From the NCBI GenBank assembly GCA_027484965.1, contig JAIXRY010000003.1, positions 1 through 52,022 on the forward strand: a DNA stretch of 52,022 bases. The letters are read 5' to 3'. The notes beneath the pieces were generated by a model, which had not been told where the DNA came from, searched no databases, and worked only from the letters and a program-made list of their open reading frames with translations. The position numbers were made by a program, and so were the translations under genes. Positions 45,250-52,022 of the stretch are shown piece by piece. The stretch comes from a bacterium (GTDB taxonomy: Bacteria > Patescibacteriota > Minisyncoccia > Phycocordibacterales > UBA9973). How positions within the stretch are numbered: position 1 is the stretch's first letter; each line of letters starts with the position of its first letter.

Positions 45250-45341
45250 GTATATTTAAATATTATAAAGATAATAACATAAAATTAATACAAAATAAAC
45301 CTTATAAAATTATTATAAAATGTGCTATATTTTAACGTATT

Positions 45342-45428
45342 GGAGCCGTGTCAGAGCGGTCTAACGTACCTCTTTGCTAAAGAGGCAGGGTGTAAAAAAC
45401 CTCGGGAGTTCGAATCTCCCCGGCTCCG
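45342..45428 (+). tRNA. tRNA-Ser (anticodon GCU), type II; the D-stem pairs poorly in my fold
   Basis: Acceptor GGAGCCG/CGGCTCC, anticodon arm CCTCT-TTGCTAA-AGAGG, long variable arm, T-arm GGGAG-TTCGAAT-CTCCC, discriminator G. Confidence 0.8.
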
Positions 45429-45502
45429 CAATTTAAAAATAATACAATATAGATTCTAAATAATGGTCCAAGCGTTAGACTAAAAGTAATGCAAAAAAAT
45501 TA

Positions 45503-46183
45503 TCATTTTTCAATCTCTTCTAAAACAGCATCTAGTAAATTATCTTCTATAATTTTTGCATACCCTTCTTTGTTTGGATGAATACGATCCTCTAGCATCA
45601 AATCTGAATTCAAGAAAACACTACTCACAACAAAAGGTACCAGTGGTAAGTTGTATTTTTTGGACAAGCTTTCGTAAACAGCATCAAATTCTTTTTTATA
45701 TGTAAATCCAGCATTAAGTGGTGACTGTATTTTTAATAGTAATATTTTTGGTTTATTTTGAGCACTTTGTAATATTTGAATAGTGCTCTCCATATTTTTT
45801 TTAACTTCTTCTACAGGAAGAGCTCTTAAGGCATCGTTCCCTCCAATACCCCAGATAACCATATCTGCATTTTGTTCTTTAATAAAATTAGCTCGTTCAT
45901 TATTACCTTTAGTAGTTTCTCCACTAATTCCGGCATTTATAACATTCACTTCTAAACCTTTTGTTTTTAGTCTTTCTTCTAGTTGTGCTGGATAGCTCTC
46001 ATATAAAGGCAACCCATAGCCAGCCGTCAAACTATCACCAAAAGCTACTATAGTATATGCAGACTCATTATTATTGGTTTTTAGTACAGTATTTTTTTTG
46101 TCAGGACGAAGGTAGAAAAACCATATTAAAAATAATACTAGAAATAAAAACCCAAAAAATGAAATAATTTTAACGTTCTTCAT
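45503..46183 (-). CDS. SGNH/GDSL hydrolase (TesA/arylesterase-like), N-terminally membrane-anchored
   Basis: Block I FGDSLTAGYG, block III GGNDAL, block V DRIHPN. Confidence 0.85.
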   Translation of the reverse strand: MKNVKIISFFGFLFLVLFLIWFFYLRPDKKNTVLKTNNNESAYTIVAFGDSLTAGYGLPLYESYPAQLEERLKTKGLEVNVINAGISGETTKGNNERANFIKEQNADMVIWGIGGNDALRALPVEEVKKNMESTIQILQSAQNKPKILLLKIQSPLNAGFTYKKEFDAVYESLSKKYNLPLVPFVVSSVFLNSDLMLEDRIHPNKEGYAKIIEDNLLDAVLEEIEK

Positions 46184-48656
46184 AAGATAATAATTCTCTT
46201 AATGGTTTTTTGTCACTGCGCCATAGTACTTTAGCTAAAATAAATACAAATAACACTATAAAACATATAGTAATAACAAGCTCTATATCATAAAAAACTA
46301 TAGTTTTAATTTTAAAGAAATATTTCGTAATAAACAAGCTTGCTAGTATTGCAGTAAAATAACCCAAGATACTACTAAGTAATGTGTTGGAAATAGATTC
46401 TATATAGTAAGATTTTTCAATAAAAGTATTTCTTGCACCCAGAGCCATGAGCTGAGCACTTTGTTTTCTTCTGGCTGCAAAAGAAGAGATAATCAGTGTG
46501 ATTATTAAAAATGAAGACAAAATCAAAGGTGGTAAAGATATTATATATATTATAATAAGCAATCCTCCAATCAAATTTTCTGCAAAATTCGCTATTTCTT
46601 TTGTGTCTATTGTAGAGATGTTTTGGAAATTTTGTGCTAAATAATTTATAAGTGTATTTTTTTCTTCATCCTCCAAGTAAGTATATCCAAAAAAAGTAGC
46701 TGGATACTTTTCTAAATCAGTAGGATTAAAAACAAAATAGAAAAACGGTAAGCCGCTTCTGGAGTCTGATTCTCTTATACTTGTAACAGTACTTTTTATT
46801 TCAAAACCAGATACAGAGAAAACCACAACAGAACCTAGTTTAATATTTGATCTATCAGCGAATTCTTTTTCTACTGAAACTTCATTAATTTCTCCATTAA
46901 GCCAATCTCCTTTCACCACCTTTTCGTTTGCTAGCAAATCTGAACGGTAAGTCAGATTGTATTCTCTACCCAATTCTCTACTAACAGAACCATCAGAAAG
47001 TGCTATTGATTTTTGAATATCAATATTGTCTATAGATAAAATTCGAGCTCCTACATTAGGAAAAAGTACAACTTCTTTAAAATTCTCTTTTATAGCTTCT
47101 ATTTGAGATTTTTGAATATCGACAATATACGTAGAAGGCAATTTATCCCCTAGGTCGGCTTTAATAAAAGTTGTTAGAGTGGATTGCAACAGAATAAGCA
47201 AAGACATCGAAGTTAACGCGACATACAGTGAAGTCAGAGACACAACACCAAAAAGTCCGTCAGAAAACTTAAATGCTATCAAACTACGAAATAAGAATGT
47301 AAATTTATTTCTTTTTTTATATATAAATAAAATCAAATAATAAAAAATTATAGCCAGGACAAGATAAATAAGAATAATAGACAAGATACTCAAAAATCCA
47401 TAAAAGAAACTTTCTAGCAAAAAGATAGAAATAATAATAAGAGGTATCAGACTAGATAAAGTAATAATAATAAAGTTAATAAAAGTTTTTTTACTTTTTT
47501 TCTCTTGACCTCCAGAAAGTAACATCTTTGGATTAAGACTCATCAAATTTCTCAAACTTGGAATAAAAGAAGCGAATGAAATACCAAAAACAATAAGCAC
47601 TGTAAAAATACCAGGCAAAAACAGCCCTACAGAAGGAAGAACGAGGTCGAAGTTCTTAGTGATTTCATCTAAAATAAAATTAAAAAATAAAACCGACAAG
47701 ACTCCTCCAATCAGAGTTGATAGGATTAAAGTATATAATAATGAAAAAGATAGAGTGGTGGCTAATTTGTTTTTATTAAAACCAATAGAAAGCAATACTG
47801 CAAAACTTTTTCGCATAATAGTTAAGAAGTACACCATCCCTGCGTAAATGTTTACAGCAGACAAAACACAAGACAACAAAACCACTAGTACCAAAAATTG
47901 TTTTACCAAAGACAGCCCTTCAATTAAACCAGACTCTGTTATACCCGATATTTCTATTTTGACTTTACTATCACGAGCTCTAGAAATAATTTCATTTAAA
48001 GTAGCATTATCAGCACTTTCTATTGAATATACGTATGTATATTCAGAGCGTAATAAAGCCTTATCAATACCCGCCCTTTCAAATCCTTCTTTACTAATAA
48101 CCACCTTCGGTAAAAAATTAAATCCTGATAGTAAGTTTTTACTATCTTTACTTATTATCCCAGCCACAACAAAAGGTATATTTGCATAAACAACCTCTTC
48201 TCCTTTTTTTACATTCAACTTTGTAGCTGCATTTGTGTCTATATATATTTCATTATTTTTTGGAGTTCGAAAAGAATCATTTTCAATAGTTAACCCTCCA
48301 TAAACTGGATAATTAGAATCTACTACCGTTAATGATACTGGAGTATTTGAAGCTTCTTTGATTAAGATACCAGAAAAATCATACTGACTAGAGTAATCTA
48401 AAATAGTTATATCTTTACCTAAAATTTGATCGAGCTTGCTTTGTGTTAGCTCATAGTTAGACTCAATAGAAATATCTCCACCAATTAATTCTTTATTCTT
48501 TTCTTCTAAAAAGACAGCACTAGAATTAGTAAAAAGTAGCACAGTAAGAACTACGAGAGTAGTAAACGTGAGAGACAAAAAAGGCAAAACAAATTTCCTC
48601 CATTCTCTAAATAGAATACGAAAACTGTATGTAAATATTGTTTTTAAATTATACAC
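46170..48656 (-). CDS. FtsX-family ABC transporter permease, double-FtsX (YbbP-like, 828 aa)
   Basis: Two repeats, each an extracytoplasmic domain followed by a 3-4 TM FtsX module. Overlaps the ATPase gene upstream. Confidence 0.8.
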   Translation of the reverse strand: MYNLKTIFTYSFRILFREWRKFVLPFLSLTFTTLVVLTVLLFTNSSAVFLEEKNKELIGGDISIESNYELTQSKLDQILGKDITILDYSSQYDFSGILIKEASNTPVSLTVVDSNYPVYGGLTIENDSFRTPKNNEIYIDTNAATKLNVKKGEEVVYANIPFVVAGIISKDSKNLLSGFNFLPKVVISKEGFERAGIDKALLRSEYTYVYSIESADNATLNEIISRARDSKVKIEISGITESGLIEGLSLVKQFLVLVVLLSCVLSAVNIYAGMVYFLTIMRKSFAVLLSIGFNKNKLATTLSFSLLYTLILSTLIGGVLSVLFFNFILDEITKNFDLVLPSVGLFLPGIFTVLIVFGISFASFIPSLRNLMSLNPKMLLSGGQEKKSKKTFINFIIITLSSLIPLIIISIFLLESFFYGFLSILSIILIYLVLAIIFYYLILFIYKKRNKFTFLFRSLIAFKFSDGLFGVVSLTSLYVALTSMSLLILLQSTLTTFIKADLGDKLPSTYIVDIQKSQIEAIKENFKEVVLFPNVGARILSIDNIDIQKSIALSDGSVSRELGREYNLTYRSDLLANEKVVKGDWLNGEINEVSVEKEFADRSNIKLGSVVVFSVSGFEIKSTVTSIRESDSRSGLPFFYFVFNPTDLEKYPATFFGYTYLEDEEKNTLINYLAQNFQNISTIDTKEIANFAENLIGGLLIIIYIISLPPLILSSFLIITLIISSFAARRKQSAQLMALGARNTFIEKSYYIESISNTLLSSILGYFTAILASLFITKYFFKIKTIVFYDIELVITICFIVLFVFILAKVLWRSDKKPLRELLSYEER

Positions 48657-49344
48657 TTGTTTTTTCTTGTAAATTTTTATCTTTTAATTCTATTATCCTA
48701 TCCATTTTTTCGGCTATACTCATATCATGAGTAATAACAATAAGTGTTTTAGAGAGTTTACTTACCTCTTTTAAGAGAAGATCAAAAACCATCTCCCCTG
48801 TTTTCCTGTCGAGACTTCCAGTCGGTTCATCTGCTAAAATAATATCTGTATTTGAAGCTAAAGCTCGAGCAATAGCAACTCTTTGTTTTTCCCCTCCTGA
48901 TAAAGTGCTAGGGAAAGAGTCTTTACGCCCACTAAGACCTACTTCTTCTAATAAATTATTTGCAGTACTTTTTATCTCTATATCTGAGATATTACCTCTT
49001 ATATCAAGAGGTGCTCTAATATTTTCATATGCAGTAAAAGGACTAATTAATTCAAAAGATTGAAATATTATCGAAACCTCACGATTACGGTAATCAGAAA
49101 GTTCTTTTTCTGAAAGATTATTTATTTGTATATCTTTTACAAATATTTCTCCTTCAGTAGGTTTATCTAGACCCGCCAACAAAGACAGAAGTGTTGATTT
49201 TCCACTACCAGAAGCACCTACAATGGCTATTTTTTCTCCGTGCCTTATTTCAAGGTCTGTATTCTCAAAAATAACAAGAGGTGCACCATTATCCGTAAAC
49301 TCTTTTTTTAATTTTTTTATCTTTATAATTATATCTTTTTGCAT
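48649..49344 (-). CDS. ABC transporter ATP-binding protein (LolD/YbbA-like)
   Basis: Walker A GASGSGKST, signature LSGGEKQRVAIARAL, Walker B ILADEPTGSLD. TGGTATTAT lies 7 nt upstream of the ATG. Confidence 0.95.
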   Translation of the reverse strand: MQKDIIIKIKKLKKEFTDNGAPLVIFENTDLEIRHGEKIAIVGASGSGKSTLLSLLAGLDKPTEGEIFVKDIQINNLSEKELSDYRNREVSIIFQSFELISPFTAYENIRAPLDIRGNISDIEIKSTANNLLEEVGLSGRKDSFPSTLSGGEKQRVAIARALASNTDIILADEPTGSLDRKTGEMVFDLLLKEVSKLSKTLIVITHDMSIAEKMDRIIELKDKNLQEKTSV

Positions 49345-49572
49345 TGTATCTATAATACCATTTTTAAGCTATTTTAAATAAAATTAGTCGTTTAGAAATA
49401 CAAACTCTAAAATAACACCCAAATATCATTACAGTGTATTACTCCTCTGGCATTTAATTAGTACAGCCAAAAAACAAAGATCTATTGCGCGACTATATTT
49501 ATGATAATGTGGTTCAAGCTGAATAAAGTTGGCCATGAACACATCTCCACAACAAATACGCTTACTACAAAA

Positions 49573-49595
49573 TAAAAAAAACACCATTTGGTGTT
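49573..49595 (-). terminator. Terminator AACACC/AAAT/GGTGTT plus a U-tract downstream of the 49618-50139 gene
   Basis: Read directly (minus-strand sense). Confidence 0.65.
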
Positions 49596-49617
49596 CTTTA
49601 TTTTTTATAATTTTTTC

Positions 49618-50139
49618 CTATTTATTATTCCCTCTAACTTTATCAATCACCCATTTTATACCAATATGTTCTGCAACTCTATATGATTTCATAAGCATAA
49701 GTCCAAGAAGTAATAGTAATGGGTTTGTACTTACTGTTCCTGCAAATAGATAGTTGAAATTCATAAAGACCCCAGACCAAGCAGCAAGTCTTGTGAACAA
49801 ACCAAGTATCAATGCAATACCTACAAGTATTTCACCATAAACCACAAAGTATGAAATAACTTCTGCATTTGGAAGAAATACATTCGTAATAAGCCATCCA
49901 TACCATTCTGAAACATTTGGATGTTCACCTACCATCTTTGCAAGTGCACCGTTGAGAAATCCTGTTACAGCCACACCTGCTTGTGGACCCGTCCAAACAG
50001 CTTCTCCAAACTTATGCCATCCTGCAATAAGCCATTCATATCCAACATAAACCCTAACAAACAACCAGATAATACTCGAGCGTTTATCGTGTGTAAAAAA
50101 ATTAATAAACTTATACCACCACAAATTTAAAGCTTTCAT
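49618..50139 (-). CDS. DoxX/DoxD-like membrane protein
   Basis: 4-TM protein with a DoxD-like pattern (LFVRVYVGYEWLIAGWHKF, EILVGIALILGLFTRLAA). Confidence 0.55.
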   Translation of the reverse strand: MKALNLWWYKFINFFTHDKRSSIIWLFVRVYVGYEWLIAGWHKFGEAVWTGPQAGVAVTGFLNGALAKMVGEHPNVSEWYGWLITNVFLPNAEVISYFVVYGEILVGIALILGLFTRLAAWSGVFMNFNYLFAGTVSTNPLLLLLGLMLMKSYRVAEHIGIKWVIDKVRGNNK

Positions 50140-50238
50140 AAAATAAAAAATAATTAATAGTATGTACCCTGCAATAAATATTTAACTAGTACTACCTATA
50201 GTATACGCCTAAAAAATCTATAAATAATACAGAAATGT

Positions 50239-51483
50239 TTATAAACTATTTTTAAATAAAACGGACTTTGATTTTGGTATATATTTACCTATCAAAAATA
50301 TTACAATACCTGTTGCGATACCTATAATTGTATCTTTATATATACATATAATTACAACCAAAATTGTTGTAATTAATTCTTTTTTATTATGTTTTGAAGC
50401 ATTTATAAGATATTCAGTCTCAACTAATTGATATGCTACAAAAGTAAGTATTGCAGATATTACAGATATAGGTATATATGTAAAATATTTTAAAAAAATA
50501 AAAGATATTAATATAATACAAAAAGCATTTATCATTCCAGACACTTTATGATCTGCACCACTTTTAATATTAAGAGATGTTCTAGCAAGAGCGGCAGTTG
50601 CCGGAATACCACCAAAAATACCAGACGCAATATTTGCTAATCCTAGTCCAAAAATTTCTTTTTTAGGATTATGAATCGTACTCGTTGCTTTGTCTGCCAC
50701 AGCTGCAGATATACCTGTTTCAATAATAGCAACAAGAGCAACACCAAGTGCAGGTACTAGTAAATATGGTTCAAAAAACAAAGTAGTACTCTCTGCTAAT
50801 TTAGGAGATATAACAGTAAATACTTCCCCAAGAGTCTTTATGTGTACAGGTATAAGCTCTTTAACAGACAGAAAACCAAGCAATATTCCAAAAGGAGAAA
50901 GAGTTATTGCTCCAGGAAATTTTGGAGTTTTCTTTTTAAGAATAAAGAGAAGAGTTAAAAATATAAAAAAGACAAAGAAAGTTACAAGATCTATTTTATC
51001 AAGATTAGTAAAATAATATATTATTTTATCAAACTGATGTTTTATATTATCTGGAGTAGATATCCCAAGAGCTCCACCTAGCTGTGTGGCAGCAATAGTA
51101 ATGGCAACCCCAATAGTAAAACCTTGAACTGTATGTTCTGGAATATGTTTTATATATTTTTCCAATCTAAATCTCCACGCAATTAAAATAAAAATACCTG
51201 AAACAATAGCAAGCATTGGAAGAGATTTTGCGCCATGCAAAAGAGCGTAAGAAGCAAGTAGACCAGACAAAGCACCTGTAGGACCAACAATATTATAATG
51301 ACTACCACCGAACAATGCAGCAAAAAAACCTGCCCATATAGCTGTAATTATACCCATGGTTGGAGTAGCGTTTGAAGCAACGGCCAGAGACACAGATAGA
51401 GGTAAAGAGACGAGCGAAACAGTAAGTCCAGACTTCCAATTATTCTTCATTTTTTCAGACAAATATATAATGTGTTTTTTCAT
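50239..51483 (-). CDS. SulP-family anion transporter, transmembrane core only (no STAS domain)
   Basis: SulP N-terminal pattern GLTVSLVSLPLSVSLAVASNATPTMGIITAIWAGFFAALFGGSHYNIVGPTGA. The 414-aa product ends right after the last TM helix. Confidence 0.8.
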   Translation of the reverse strand: MKKHIIYLSEKMKNNWKSGLTVSLVSLPLSVSLAVASNATPTMGIITAIWAGFFAALFGGSHYNIVGPTGALSGLLASYALLHGAKSLPMLAIVSGIFILIAWRFRLEKYIKHIPEHTVQGFTIGVAITIAATQLGGALGISTPDNIKHQFDKIIYYFTNLDKIDLVTFFVFFIFLTLLFILKKKTPKFPGAITLSPFGILLGFLSVKELIPVHIKTLGEVFTVISPKLAESTTLFFEPYLLVPALGVALVAIIETGISAAVADKATSTIHNPKKEIFGLGLANIASGIFGGIPATAALARTSLNIKSGADHKVSGMINAFCIILISFIFLKYFTYIPISVISAILTFVAYQLVETEYLINASKHNKKELITTILVVIICIYKDTIIGIATGIVIFLIGKYIPKSKSVLFKNSL

Positions 51484-51575
51484 AAAAAATATTTAAAAAT
51501 AGAGATTAATTTTATCAAAAAAAATAAAATATAAATACTTTACAAAACACAAATAGTGGTTTGTTGAAAAAATAT

Positions 51576-51601
51576 AAAACCCTCAAAAATTAGAGGGTTT
51601 T
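51576..51601 (-). terminator. Intrinsic terminator AAAACCCTC/TAATTTTT/GAGGGTTTT plus a U-tract, overlapping the end of a 10-codon ORF
   Basis: Read directly. The 5' arm is the last three sense codons of the short ORF, and its stop codon sits in the loop. Confidence 0.7.
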
Positions 51602-51622
51602 ATATTGCGAAAGTGGATTCAT
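51590..51622 (-). CDS. Candidate 10-codon ORF MNPLSQYKTL with an AAGGAG SD (leader element copy B)
   Basis: AAGGAG lies 10 nt upstream of the ATG. Paralogous at the nucleotide level to the 45031-45099 leader. Confidence 0.3.
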   Translation of the reverse strand: MNPLSQYKTL

Positions 51623-51658
51623 AGTTGCTTTACTCCTTGAACTATACTCACGTCGTAC
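51605..51658 (-). repeat. Leader element copy B
   Basis: About 39/48 identity to 45082-45129, plus the shared GTACGA block. Confidence 0.6.
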
Positions 51659-51731
51659 TTGCTTCGTGTTCACTCTCTGGCTTAGTTTGAGCCTGTGGTA
51701 AACCAATACAAGAGTAATGATTTTAAAAAAC

Positions 51732-51998
51732 TTAAAAATCAAAAAATTCACCTAGTATTGACTTGCGTTTGTGTGTACCTCCTATATAATCATCACGATC
51801 GTATTTTTTATTATTCTGAATGTCATTTTGAGAATTTCTAACTTGCTCTTGAGTTGGTTGTTGAGCGCTGGCTTTCTCAATTAATTTATCTAGTTCTCCG
51901 CGGTCTAACCAAACACCACGGCATTGCGGACAATAATCAATTTCTACACCTTGTCTTTCAGATAATAATAGTTGTGTATTGTCATTTGGACATTTCAT
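51732..51998 (-). CDS. Zinc-ribbon (zf-TFIIB-like) domain protein
   Basis: MKCPNDNTQL...CPQCRGVWLDRGELDKLIE is the TFIIB-type zinc-ribbon pattern. TAATAT lies 6 nt upstream of the ATG. Confidence 0.6.
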   Translation of the reverse strand: MKCPNDNTQLLLSERQGVEIDYCPQCRGVWLDRGELDKLIEKASAQQPTQEQVRNSQNDIQNNKKYDRDDYIGGTHKRKSILGEFFDF

Positions 51999-52022
51999 AT
52001 TTTTATATTAATTAATTTATAA

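Noticed and set aside
45250-45341. AT-rich spacer between the divergent tRNAs, examined for a third RNA gene or repeats
   Set aside because: It is only simple AT-rich sequence with -10-like hexamers on both strands, consistent with a shared divergent promoter region.
49345-49617. A 273-nt non-coding gap, slightly GC-richer in its middle, examined for an ncRNA (SRP, 6S, RNase P or a riboswitch) or a gene remnant
   Set aside because: There were no recognisable conserved ncRNA motifs and no convincing stems apart from the terminator at 49573-49595. Only very short ORFs without start signals are present. It is probably the promoter/UTR region of the ABC operon, and a cmscan could revisit this.

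Overview
Visibly AT-rich, very gene-dense 52-kb chromosomal window with most genes on the minus strand. Several features point to a Patescibacteria/CPR (Parcubacteria-like) bacterium using the standard genetic code. These are small housekeeping proteins, domain-trimmed aminoacyl-tRNA synthetases, a secretin-less type IV pilus locus next to comF, no biosynthetic operons, and an L32 starting MTVRMRHTHAHT. This lineage call is an inference. Housekeeping genes: khpA-rpsP, rnr, a CapA-like gene, smc, rnc, nusB (fused to a Nudix domain), rpmF, thrS, gyrB, pheS, a UvrD-type helicase-nuclease, gatC-gatA, ligA, msrB, dgkA and two long-variable-arm tRNAs. Envelope and accessory genes: a roughly 12-kb type IV pilus locus (pilM, N/O/P-like, pilB, CheY-like receiver, pilT, pilC, two tandem pilins, pilD, four minor pilins). 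There is also a membrane-only two-component pair bracketed by a repeated palindromic element, a membrane fatty-acid desaturase, two DoxX-type proteins, DedA, an SGNH hydrolase with an FtsX/ABC module, and a STAS-less SulP. No rRNA, CRISPR array, transposase, integrase or phage genes were recognised, and I found no defence-island-like cluster. The signals worth a second look are regulatory and architectural. (1) A Thr-codon-rich leader peptide with competing 1:2, 2:3 and 3:4 hairpins sits upstream of thrS. (2) pheS encodes a mitochondrial-type single-chain PheRS (catalytic core plus FDX-ACB domain). (3) Extended -10 boxes lie 6-9 nt upstream of many first-in-operon ATG codons and Shine-Dalgarno sequences are almost absent, implying widespread leaderless expression. 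(4) NusB is fused to a Nudix domain. (5) A Ser-type tRNA has anticodon ACU and lies opposite a tRNA-Ser(GCU) with a poor D-stem. (6) Two paralogous roughly 50-nt leader elements carry the only strong AAGGAG sites I saw. (7) The SMC is short and lacks a hinge. All coordinates, folds and motif calls were made by eye and need computational confirmation.
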